A DNA stretch of 64,000 bases from Candidatus Altimarinota bacterium. Its GTDB lineage: Bacteria > Patescibacteriota > Gracilibacteria > UBA1369 > GCA-2718715. The stretch is from positions 768,001 through 832,000 of the forward strand of contig JBESAV010000001.1 in assembly GCA_041242255.1 (NCBI GenBank), read 5' to 3'. Numbering within the stretch: the first letter of the stretch is position 1; the number at the start of each line of letters is the position of its first letter. Positions 49,263 to 58,150 of this stretch are shown here, one piece after another. A program made the translations under genes and the position numbers. The notes under the pieces were generated by a model. That model made no database searches. It saw nothing but the letters and a program-made list of their open reading frames with translations, and was not told the DNA's origin.

Positions 49263-49568
49263 CTAAGCGTTTCCTTGCTCTCCAGCTTGCTCTTGTTTTT
49301 TGGCTTGGTGCTCTTTGATTTTATTTCTAAAGTCCAGAAGAGAATTCTGCAAAATAGACAAGAATTGCTCAGCAGTACGATGATTCATGTTCATTCTTTC
49401 TACCACTCTAATCTCTTGTGGATTAGTATTTGGAACTGTGTAACCAAAGTCGACTACAACCTCATTTGTATTTACGTGAACAGAAACAGCATTACTGTAA
49501 CTACCCTTTTTTGCATTTTCATTATCAAAAGTAACAGTAAAGTTTTTTTGTTGATTATTATCAGCCAT
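49263..49568 (-). CDS. DUF3467-like protein
   Basis: GSYSNAVSVH...EVVVDFG....VVERMNM...A..FL..L pattern. Confidence 0.75.
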   Translation of the reverse strand: MADNNQQKNFTVTFDNENAKKGSYSNAVSVHVNTNEVVVDFGYTVPNTNPQEIRVVERMNMNHRTAEQFLSILQNSLLDFRNKIKEHQAKKQEQAGEQGNA

Positions 49569-49614
49569 TCTAAAAAATTAAATTAAACACATTCATTATA
49601 ACAAACTTCGCTCT

Positions 49615-50772
49615 CTACAATAAGTCAAACTTCTTTTTACTCAACTCAAACAACAAACTCTTCAAAGAATCAACATCAGACAGCTCAAAACTTTTTTCCT
49701 CACCTCTCTTACTTATAGTTAAAGTTTCATTAACCTTACTCACTTCTCCCCAGTTCGTTCTAACATTAAAATCACTATCTAACATATCAAACAACATCTC
49801 TTCACTTAACCATCTTACCAGCACTTCTCTATCTCTAATAATTTGCAAATTCCCAGGTATCCTCCATAAAAAAAGCATCCATAACTCAACACCACTATAA
49901 TCCTCTAAGTCCTTCAACATCTCTTCAAAACAACCATCCTCATATGACTTTGGACTACTAAAATACGTCAACAAATCAGATTTCATTTCCTCAGACACCT
50001 TTTTATACTCTACTGTTCCAAGGTAAAACTTCTGAGCAATCCTAAATTTTTCTAAATCATAATCATCCTCAAAAAAAGAATGACTCACAGAGTCTCCCAA
50101 CCAATCATTCTCTACAAATGGCATATCTGAACTGACTATGAAGTCACCACCAAGCATAAAGCTATCAACATTACCAATGTTAAATCTAGCCTCAGAACTC
50201 CTCAAAGGAGAACTTGCGTATACATACCCATAAGTATTGTTTGAATAATAAGGTCCTATCTTATAACTCCTATTTCTCCCTATACCAACTCTATACACAG
50301 CCCCAATATCATTATCATTCATAAAGTGAGCTAACTTCGAATTAAACAAAATCATATATTCATCAACAATCTTAGAAGCACCCTCCCCTATCTCTTCCAA
50401 AAATTTATATCTATTTCTTAAACGCTCAGCTTTCAAATAACGAGCCACCCTAACCATATCCAACAACCTAAATCTCTCTTCAACAGTCAAGGCACCATAA
50501 GCATCTAGTTCAGACCTACTAAAGGATTTACTTAACTGTACCTCTTCCCTACTAAAACTATAATCACTTACCCCAAAACGAAGATCTACAAAAAATGAAC
50601 CAACCACAGCCTCAGTACACTCACCTTCCTTAAAACCACTAATTTGAAGGGTATCCTCAGGTACAACTATAGCCACATCAACTTCGTACTCATTACCACC
50701 ATTATGTGTAACAGAAATAGCATCATCTCTAACCACAGTATCTTCAAAATCAATAGCCCAAAATTCTCTCAC
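49615..50772 (-). CDS. Minimal/divergent RNB (RNase II/R catalytic) domain protein
   Basis: AIDFEDTVVRDDAIS, IVDEYMILFN...VYR, YASSPLR correspond to RNB TID..DDA, EEFML.AN..YR and FTSPIR; GTG start. Confidence 0.65.
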   Translation of the reverse strand: MREFWAIDFEDTVVRDDAISVTHNGGNEYEVDVAIVVPEDTLQISGFKEGECTEAVVGSFFVDLRFGVSDYSFSREEVQLSKSFSRSELDAYGALTVEERFRLLDMVRVARYLKAERLRNRYKFLEEIGEGASKIVDEYMILFNSKLAHFMNDNDIGAVYRVGIGRNRSYKIGPYYSNNTYGYVYASSPLRSSEARFNIGNVDSFMLGGDFIVSSDMPFVENDWLGDSVSHSFFEDDYDLEKFRIAQKFYLGTVEYKKVSEEMKSDLLTYFSSPKSYEDGCFEEMLKDLEDYSGVELWMLFLWRIPGNLQIIRDREVLVRWLSEEMLFDMLDSDFNVRTNWGEVSKVNETLTISKRGEEKSFELSDVDSLKSLLFELSKKKFDLL

Positions 50773-50809
50773 ACAAAATAATTAATTTAGTGCAAGAATA
50801 TACCATCAA

Positions 50810-51037
50810 CTAGTCAAATTGCAAGCTATCACCCAGCAAAAAACTTAAGTAATCTTCCGGCAAACTAGTCTCCCAAGACTCTAATTCTTTAGGTGAAGAT
50901 ATAACCCCCAACAAAGCATCTCTTGTCTCATCTTCTATCTCAGAAACCTCTCTTAACCCTAAACCTCGCATTTCCTCTTCAGAAACTTCCTCCAGACCTA
51001 ATTTCTTCCTAATTTCTATAAACTCAACCGGCTTCAT
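50810..51037 (-). CDS. Hypothetical 75-aa acidic protein
   Basis: Short internal repeat LGLEEVSE/LGLREVSE; minus-strand codon bias. Confidence 0.55.
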   Translation of the reverse strand: MKPVEFIEIRKKLGLEEVSEEEMRGLGLREVSEIEDETRDALLGVISSPKELESWETSLPEDYLSFLLGDSLQFD

Positions 51038-51119
51038 CGCATAAATTAATTCTTAAAACAACTTATACAATCCCATAAAATCTTCTAGATCAACCAGCTA
51101 TATCAATCCATTTTGTAAA

Positions 51120-51428
51120 CTACAATTTCACCTTACCCCATAAGTATGACCTCCACTTAGTATACGCAATATGACTAAATTTCTCATCTAAGGCAAAACT
51201 AACCATATCTCTTACATAATTTTGAACACATAAGTACTCGTCAGCGTATAAGTCTAAAAAATCAAACAACTCTTCAAAAAACACTCCCTTAGGAAGCCTG
51301 GCAAGATACCTAACCTCATAATGGTTTAAGAAAGGGCCTAACTTATAATGTACAAGCTCAGATATATCTTCCTGACCAACATAAGACAGCAATCTATTTT
51401 TATATTCAATATTATAATCTAATACCAT
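51120..51428 (-). CDS. Hypothetical 102-aa protein
   Basis: ATG start; TTGACT-N16-TATGTT upstream (51452-51479). Confidence 0.6.
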   Translation of the reverse strand: MVLDYNIEYKNRLLSYVGQEDISELVHYKLGPFLNHYEVRYLARLPKGVFFEELFDFLDLYADEYLCVQNYVRDMVSFALDEKFSHIAYTKWRSYLWGKVKL

Positions 51429-51480
51429 AAATCAAATTATCAACACTTGACAACATAAAACAAATTAAGATTAAGTCAAG

Positions 51481-52413
51481 CTACCGCTCCAACTCATTAG
51501 TATTAGTAATATAATTATACGCCTGCACCGAAGCGTATACACCTTCAGCAGCACCTATTATTGCTTGCTTAAATTCGGCATCCGTTACGTCTCCAGCAGC
51601 ATAGAACCCTTCTATGTTCGTACGAGCCTCCCTATCAATCACCACCTCTCCCCTATCATTCACCTTAACTCCAACTTGCAAGGCTAACTCATTTCTTACG
51701 TTCCAACCAATAGCTACAAAAACACCATCAGCTTTCAACTCCCCTCCACCTTTCAATAAAACATGGGTAACTTTTTCACCATCACCTGCAATTTCAGACA
51801 CTTCAGTTTCATACATAATTTCAATTTTTTCATCAGCTTCAAGTTTCTTTAAGTTAGTTGGCTCTGCTCTCATGTGATCTTTTCTTACCAACACATAAAC
51901 CTTACTCACAAACTGAGTCAAAATCTTAGCATCAATCGCAGCCGTATCACCACCTCCAACTACGATCGCCACCTTATCTTTAAAAAATGCTCCATCACAC
52001 AAAGCACAATATGATACACCTTTATTAGCATATTCTTCCTCACCCGGAATACCTAGATGTTTATGTTTTGTTCCAGTGGCTAAGATGACAGTTTTAGAAA
52101 TATACTCATCCTCTCCTTTTATAACTCTGAAAAGATCTTTACCATCTTCATCTTTAAACTTTTCAACACTATCAACCTTTGAATAAACATATTCAGCTCC
52201 AGTTTCTTGAGCATGTTCCATGAATCTTTGTCCCATCTCAAACCCACCAATACTCTTAATACCTGGATAATTTTCAACCAAATGGGTTGTTGTTATCAAA
52301 CCACCTGGCTCTTCTGCAAATACAAGAACTTTTAAGTTGAATCTTGCCGAGTACATTGCCGCACTACTACCTGATACTCCACCACCAATCACAATTACGT
52401 CATAAAGATTCAT
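51481..52413 (-). CDS. trxB: Thioredoxin reductase
   Basis: IGGGVSG, VENYPG, GVSYCALCDG (CxxC), VGGGD, AAGDV. Confidence 0.93.
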   Translation of the reverse strand: MNLYDVIVIGGGVSGSSAAMYSARFNLKVLVFAEEPGGLITTTHLVENYPGIKSIGGFEMGQRFMEHAQETGAEYVYSKVDSVEKFKDEDGKDLFRVIKGEDEYISKTVILATGTKHKHLGIPGEEEYANKGVSYCALCDGAFFKDKVAIVVGGGDTAAIDAKILTQFVSKVYVLVRKDHMRAEPTNLKKLEADEKIEIMYETEVSEIAGDGEKVTHVLLKGGGELKADGVFVAIGWNVRNELALQVGVKVNDRGEVVIDREARTNIEGFYAAGDVTDAEFKQAIIGAAEGVYASVQAYNYITNTNELER

Positions 52414-52488
52414 CTTTTCTACTTAAATTTTAATAAATTTAGTCTAAAATTGGACCATCAGTTATTCAAGTGAAAATAAACTTCCAGA

Positions 52489-53475
52489 ATGTTCAAAAAA
52501 CTCAAAAACCTAAAAAAGCAAAGAAAACTCACCCCCAAAAAATCGATTGCCAGCATTTTAAATTCACATCATAAAACTAAAAAAACTCCACCACTTTTTA
52601 AAACTGCAAAAAACAAATCCGAAAAACTCAAAAACAAGCAATCAACAAAACTTCTCAAAATCAAAGACTCCATAAAAAGAATGGAAAAAACTAAAAAAGC
52701 ACTACAATTTGCTTTTTCTTTTGCCATCATGCTTGGTATTTTTTACCTCCTATTCCTATCCCCAATCTTTAAAATCCAGCAGATTCAGGTCTACCAAACT
52801 ATCTCCCAATCCAATCCAGACACCCCAGAAGAAACCATTTTCACAAAAGTACCTTTTGAAAATCAACAACTACAAGACCTCCTCAACCGATCAATTCTCA
52901 AAAACCTTATCCTTCTCAACACCGAGTCTCTCAAATCAACACTCAACCAAACTATAGTAAACCTTGAAGATCTAACAATAGATAAAAAATTCCCCAACAA
53001 ACTCATCATAGAATTCAAACAATTCGATCCAGTAGCAAATCTTGTAAACTTAGTTGGACCAAGCAAGATTCAAAAATTCTTCCTAATTGATGAAAACGGT
53101 CGAGTTACAAACGCAGGAGAACAAAGACCTGACTTACCAACAATACGAATACAAACAAACGAACAAGCAGAAACAAACAAAACAATCCTCAAACCAAATC
53201 AACTTTATTACGCCCTAGAAGCTCGTGACTATTTCACAGAAAACTTTGATTTAGAAATCCAAGACATAACTTATTTAGTAGAAGCTAGAGAAGTGCATCT
53301 ATATACTTCAAACCAAATCTCTATCTGGCTAGACGCACAAGAAAGTTACCAAGAACAACTAGATAAACTAGTCCAAGCCCTACCTAGACTAAACATTTAT
53401 GAAATCCCTTTGAATTACATAGATTTGAGAATAAAAAACAGCAACGGTCAAAAAATCATTTACAAAGAGAAATAA
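52489..53475 (+). CDS. ftsQ: FtsQ/DivIB-like cell division protein
   Basis: Basic N-terminus, one TM, FKIQQIQV POTRA start, KKFPNKL.I, C-terminal YIDLR. Confidence 0.7.
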   Translation: MFKKLKNLKKQRKLTPKKSIASILNSHHKTKKTPPLFKTAKNKSEKLKNKQSTKLLKIKDSIKRMEKTKKALQFAFSFAIMLGIFYLLFLSPIFKIQQIQVYQTISQSNPDTPEETIFTKVPFENQQLQDLLNRSILKNLILLNTESLKSTLNQTIVNLEDLTIDKKFPNKLIIEFKQFDPVANLVNLVGPSKIQKFFLIDENGRVTNAGEQRPDLPTIRIQTNEQAETNKTILKPNQLYYALEARDYFTENFDLEIQDITYLVEAREVHLYTSNQISIWLDAQESYQEQLDKLVQALPRLNIYEIPLNYIDLRIKNSNGQKIIYKEK

Positions 53476-53507
53476 AATTGTATCATCCCTGACAGTAACC
53501 AAAAGAT

Positions 53508-54479
53508 ATGACTTTTAGATGGAAAGACCAAAAGAAACCAATGCTATGTTTAGCTCCAATGGAAGGCTACACAGACTCATCTTATCGACAACTCATTAAA
53601 ATGGTCTCACCTGAAACAATTTGTTTCACAGAATTCACTTCATCAGATGGACTTAAATATGGTAGTTCCAAAAGTTTTAAGAAAATGGAATTTAAAGAAA
53701 TAGAACGACCACTCATCGCTCAAATTTTTGGTAAAGAACCTGAGCATTTCGCTGAATGTGCCAAACTACTTACAGAAATGGGAGTTGATGCTATCGACAT
53801 AAACATGGGATGTCCATCAGGAAAAGTAGTTAACTCATGTCACGGCTCAGCACTATTTCAATACCCAGAACTTGCCCAAGAAATCGTCGCTGCAACTCAA
53901 GCTGCAACACACTTAGATGTTTCAGTTAAAATGCGTATTGGATTCAGCAAATTTGACCTACCAACTCTTCTAAAATTCACCAAAGGACTTGAAGAAGCCG
54001 GAGCAAAACACTTGGCCCTACACGGTAGAACCACAAAACAAAAATACACCGGTTCAGCTAACTGGGATCCAATTTACGAAGTCAAAAAACAAGCAAATGT
54101 ACCAGTAACAGGTAACGGTGACATCAAATCAATAGAAGATGTAAAACAAAAACTCCAAAACCTAGACGGTGTAATGGTAGGACGAGCTACCTTTGGAGAT
54201 CCATGGATAATGGCCGAAATATCAGCTTTTTTAAATGGAAAAGAGTATAAGCGACCAAAAGACTTCTCTGAAAAACTTCCTATGATCCTAAAGCAACTAG
54301 AATTAGCCTGCGAATTTAAAGGAGAAGATAAAGCAATGATCGAAATGCGTAAACATCTCGGTAACTACGTTGCAGGCTTCAAAAATGCTTCCAAATACAG
54401 GTTTGATCTTGTTCGAGTAAATTCTAAACAAGAAGCAATCGATATCTTACAAGAGATAGCAGAGATAAACCCAGAGTAG
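53508..54479 (+). CDS. dusB: tRNA-dihydrouridine synthase (DusB-like)
   Basis: LAPMEGYTD, IDINMGCP, HGRT, GNGDI, MVGR. Confidence 0.92.
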   Translation: MTFRWKDQKKPMLCLAPMEGYTDSSYRQLIKMVSPETICFTEFTSSDGLKYGSSKSFKKMEFKEIERPLIAQIFGKEPEHFAECAKLLTEMGVDAIDINMGCPSGKVVNSCHGSALFQYPELAQEIVAATQAATHLDVSVKMRIGFSKFDLPTLLKFTKGLEEAGAKHLALHGRTTKQKYTGSANWDPIYEVKKQANVPVTGNGDIKSIEDVKQKLQNLDGVMVGRATFGDPWIMAEISAFLNGKEYKRPKDFSEKLPMILKQLELACEFKGEDKAMIEMRKHLGNYVAGFKNASKYRFDLVRVNSKQEAIDILQEIAEINPE

Positions 54480-54484
54480 TCAAC

Positions 54485-54512
54485 TTGACATATCTTAATG
54501 GGTATATATATT
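54485..54512 (+). promoter_or_regulatory. sigma70-like promoter TTGACA-N16-TATATT
   Basis: cTTGACA tatcttaatgggtata TATATT upstream of the ATG at 54536. Confidence 0.6.
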
Positions 54513-54535
54513 TACTCCATATTTAATAAATTTAT

Positions 54536-54769
54536 ATGGAAAATTTTAAAGGACTTGAAGAACAAACAAGCGATTTTACGACAGATACAGTTGAAATAGA
54601 GTCAGGAATGCTACAAGAATTACTACAAGCTTCAAGAAAAGCTATAGAATTCAATGTTTCACTACAATTTGATGAAAGCCCTGAAGGAAATTCATCTGTA
54701 ACAATTAAACCTACAAAAGAAGGAAGCCGCCTTAATGATTTCCTATCAACAGTTGGAGAACATAACTAG
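54536..54769 (+). CDS. Hypothetical 77-aa acidic protein
   Basis: Fills the dusB-pilT gap and has its own promoter-like signal. Confidence 0.6.
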   Translation: MENFKGLEEQTSDFTTDTVEIESGMLQELLQASRKAIEFNVSLQFDESPEGNSSVTIKPTKEGSRLNDFLSTVGEHN

Positions 54770-54842
54770 CCAAAAACAACATTTCGAGCTATAATAAGAA
54801 GATACTAAATATAAAAGTATCTTTTTATTTTAGAAAAACTCA

Positions 54843-55898
54843 ATGAAATTAGAAAAAATCTTCCAAACCGCAGTCAAATATGGAGCCTCAGATATCTACA
54901 TAAACGTTGGAGTAAAGCCAACTCTTCGTATCCACGGAAAACTTATCCCAATCGAAGAGCACCCAATACTCTCCAAGACTATGGCCGAAGATTACATTTC
55001 AGAACTAATGACCGATGAGCAAAGAAAAGAATTTGCCAAAAATCTCGACTTAGATTTTGGTTTAGAAGTTCCAGGTATAGCTCGTTTCAGGGTTAATGTG
55101 TTTATTCAGTCCAAAGGTATTGGTGGAGTATTTCGTATTATCCCAACTGAAGCTCAAACCATAAAAAACCTAAACCTTCCTTCTCAAATACAAAAAATCA
55201 CCGACTTCAAACAGGGTATAGTACTAGTAACAGGTCCAACCGGACAAGGTAAATCTAGTACACTAGCCAGCCTTATTCATGAAATCAATCTAAACAAAGC
55301 CTACCATATCATCACAATCGAAGACCCAATCGAGTTTATTCACTCAAACCAGAAATCCATCATTAACCAAAGAGAAGTTGGGTCTCATACAAAAAGCTTT
55401 AAAAACGCTTTAAGAGGAGCCCTACGTGAAGCCGTTGATGTTATTCTTATTGGTGAGTTAAGAGATTACGAAACAATCTCACTAGCCCTAACCGCAGCAG
55501 AAACTGGACATTTAGTTTTATCTACACTTCATACATCTGGTGCAGCCAAATCTGTAGATAGGATCATTGATTCATTCCCAAGTGACCAACAAAATCAGGT
55601 CAGAAACCAACTTTCAGAAAGTTTAAAAGCAGTTTTATGGCAACAGCTTCTTCCAAAAGCAGATGGTTCAGGACGAGTACCGGCCTTAGAAATTCTTTTC
55701 AACAACAACGCTGTAGCAAATCTAATACGTAAAAACAAAACATATCAAATCCAATCAGTCCTAGAAACAAGCATGAAAGATGGAATGCAAACAATGGAAT
55801 CAGCCATCACAGACTTATCTGACAGAGGATTCATCACACAAGAAACAGCCAGAAATTACCTACAAGGACTTTTCGGATCAAAACTTTCCGACCAATAA
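54843..55898 (+). CDS. pilT: Type IV pilus retraction ATPase PilT
   Basis: GASDI, RFRVN, GPTGQGKSST, TIEDPIE, QREVG, ALRE, GELRD, AETGHLVLSTLHT. Confidence 0.95.
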   Translation: MKLEKIFQTAVKYGASDIYINVGVKPTLRIHGKLIPIEEHPILSKTMAEDYISELMTDEQRKEFAKNLDLDFGLEVPGIARFRVNVFIQSKGIGGVFRIIPTEAQTIKNLNLPSQIQKITDFKQGIVLVTGPTGQGKSSTLASLIHEINLNKAYHIITIEDPIEFIHSNQKSIINQREVGSHTKSFKNALRGALREAVDVILIGELRDYETISLALTAAETGHLVLSTLHTSGAAKSVDRIIDSFPSDQQNQVRNQLSESLKAVLWQQLLPKADGSGRVPALEILFNNNAVANLIRKNKTYQIQSVLETSMKDGMQTMESAITDLSDRGFITQETARNYLQGLFGSKLSDQ

Positions 55899-55925
55899 AA
55901 AAGCACCAGCCTAAGCTGATGCTTT
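55897..55925. terminator. Terminator hairpin between convergent pilT and rplY (best T-tail on minus strand)
   Basis: aaaaaagcaccagc-ctaa-gctgatgcttt. Confidence 0.72.
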
Positions 55926-55947
55926 ATATTTCTAAACTAGCTTTAGA

Positions 55948-56643
55948 TTATTCTGAATCTTCTGATTTACCTTCACTAGATTCTTTACCTTCAGCTCCCT
56001 CAGCACCTTCTTCACCTTCCTCTACTCCAACAGCTGCTTCTAGAGCTTGTCTTTCAAGTTCTTCAGGAGAAAGAAGATCTTCTGGTTCTTCTTCAGCTCT
56101 AGGGGCTGTAACAGTAGCAATTGTTAATTCCATTTCAGTTACAATTTCAACATTTTCTGGAACAGAAAGATCTGATACATGTAATACCGCATTGAAATCA
56201 TCAAGTTTTGAAATATCAACTTCTATATGATGTGGTAGATTTGCAGGAAGAGCTTCCACTTCAACCTCAGTCATAGTTTTGTTAAGGATACCACCCATAT
56301 CGATTACTGCAGGTGACTTACCAACAAACTCTAATGGAATCGGAGCAACAACTAACTTGTTCATATCTACAAATTTGAAATCAACATGCTCTACAAATCC
56401 AGTCAAAGGATGTAATTGCATATCTTGTACAAGTACGTTTTCAGTCTTACCATCGATAGTCAGATCAATTACTGCATTCTCACCAGCTTGTCTGTAAGCT
56501 TTCAAAAATTCGTTGTGTTTAACAACCACAACAACATTTTCTTTTTCTGGACCATAACAAACAGATGGTACCAACCCTTCACTTCTTGCAACGTCATTTC
56601 TCATATCACCTTTCAGTTGGGCTTCTAAAACAATTTTTGCCAT
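55948..56643 (-). CDS. rplY: 50S ribosomal protein L25/Ctc
   Basis: GLVPSVCYG, QLHPL..VEHVDF, ALPANLP..IEVDIS, acidic tail; ATG at 56643. Confidence 0.93.
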   Translation of the reverse strand: MAKIVLEAQLKGDMRNDVARSEGLVPSVCYGPEKENVVVVVKHNEFLKAYRQAGENAVIDLTIDGKTENVLVQDMQLHPLTGFVEHVDFKFVDMNKLVVAPIPLEFVGKSPAVIDMGGILNKTMTEVEVEALPANLPHHIEVDISKLDDFNAVLHVSDLSVPENVEIVTEMELTIATVTAPRAEEEPEDLLSPEELERQALEAAVGVEEGEEGAEGAEGKESSEGKSEDSE

Positions 56644-56748
56644 TATAAATAATCTTAAACATATATTTGTCGGAAATATACAAAACACAGGCTTGAAAAG
56701 CAAGTAAAAACTGCCTATGATGGCCTAGTAAAAAATAACCAAATCAAA

Positions 56749-57051
56749 ATGAGTGCATTCGGAGACATGAAAAATGTAATGAAACTTAGAAAAGAAGCTA
56801 AAGCAATTCAAAAAAAATTAAAGACAATTCACGTTGAAGCTGAAGAAGGTGATATAGTTGTAACAATTAGTGCAGAACAAGAAGTAGTAAAAGTTGATAT
56901 CAACAATGATTCACTAGACTCAAAACTAAAGTCAACAATGGAAGAAAACATGAAAAAAGCCTTCAATAAAGGAATCAAAAAATCACAAGAAATCGCAGCA
57001 GAAAACATGAAAGGATTGCTTGGACAACTAGGTGGTGGACTCGGAGAATAA
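56749..57051 (+). CDS. ybaB: YbaB/EbfC nucleoid-associated protein
   Basis: AKAIQKKL....VEAE.G..VVTISAEQEV pattern, 100 aa. Confidence 0.82.
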   Translation: MSAFGDMKNVMKLRKEAKAIQKKLKTIHVEAEEGDIVVTISAEQEVVKVDINNDSLDSKLKSTMEENMKKAFNKGIKKSQEIAAENMKGLLGQLGGGLGE

Positions 57052-57081
57052 ACTAGAATATTTCCAGATAAGATATAAACT

Positions 57082-57108
57082 AAACCTGTAAATAATTACA
57101 GGTTTTTT
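57082..57108 (+). terminator. Intrinsic terminator after ybaB
   Basis: aaacctgtaa-ataa-ttacaggttt followed by a T run. Confidence 0.7.
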
Positions 57109-57109
57109 C

Positions 57110-58150
57110 ATGAACTACTATTATCACGACACACCTACAAAGAAAAAAAGAAACAAAAAATCACCTATAAACACAAAGGTGATCATAGCTATCTTTACTA
57201 TATTAGTTTTTGTTTTAAGCATAAAAGCCTGCTCCAACTCTCAATCCGAAGAAGTTACATTTTTAATTTCCAATGGAGAATCAATTCAATCAATAACAGA
57301 CCGGCTTATAGAAGAAGACATTATATCTTCAAGTTTCTTATTTAAAAACTACCTAAGCTCCAACAACCTTGATACCCAAATTCAAGCTGGATCATTTACC
57401 CTGCAAACAAACTCAAACCCCTCTCAAGTTGCAAGCATACTGACAGACTCAAGCCAAGCTAACCAAATGAGAGTCACAATTCCCGAAGGGTACAAAATAA
57501 GCCAAATTGACGAAACTCTCACTCAACTTGGACTTATAGAAGAAGGACAATTTACAAATTTCACCAGAAATTACCAGCAAGATCACCCTATACAAGACTT
57601 ATTGCCTAACGGAAAAAACTCCCTAGAAGGATTTTTATACCCAGATACATATTTTGTAGATCCAGCCACCTTCCAAATATCCACCTTCACTGAAAACATG
57701 CTCAATAACTTCCTAAGTAAACTTCCTGCCGATTACGAAACACAGATAAACAAAACTCCAGCAAATAATCTATACGAGCTCATAACAATGGCCTCGATTG
57801 TCGAACGTGAAGTTCTCTCACCAACCGATAAAGCCACAGTAGCCGGACTTCTTTGGAAAAGACTTGAAAGTGGTTGGCGTATAGATGCAGATGCTGCACT
57901 CTTATATGATCAAGATGACAACATTATTACTCAAACAGATCTTCAAAGTGATTCACCTTACAACCTTAGAAAATTCCAAGGACTCACCCCAACTCCAATT
58001 TCAAATCCAAGCCTAGAAACGATCCAAGCAACTTTAAACCCAATCGACTCAGACTACTGGTTCTACCTAACCACAATAGACACAGGAGAGGTTATATATT
58101 CAAGAACACTTGAAGAACACAATGCAAACGTTCAAAGATATTTACGATAA
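57110..58150 (+). CDS. mltG: Endolytic transglycosylase MltG (YceG)
   Basis: VTIPEG, LEGFLYPDTY, MASIVERE, SPYN...GLTPTPISNP. Confidence 0.93.
   Translation: MNYYYHDTPTKKKRNKKSPINTKVIIAIFTILVFVLSIKACSNSQSEEVTFLISNGESIQSITDRLIEEDIISSSFLFKNYLSSNNLDTQIQAGSFTLQTNSNPSQVASILTDSSQANQMRVTIPEGYKISQIDETLTQLGLIEEGQFTNFTRNYQQDHPIQDLLPNGKNSLEGFLYPDTYFVDPATFQISTFTENMLNNFLSKLPADYETQINKTPANNLYELITMASIVEREVLSPTDKATVAGLLWKRLESGWRIDADAALLYDQDDNIITQTDLQSDSPYNLRKFQGLTPTPISNPSLETIQATLNPIDSDYWFYLTTIDTGEVIYSRTLEEHNANVQRYLR

Noticed and set aside
55919-56230. Ser-rich 103-aa ORF on the + strand
   Set aside because: Antisense shadow of the Glu-rich tail of rplY
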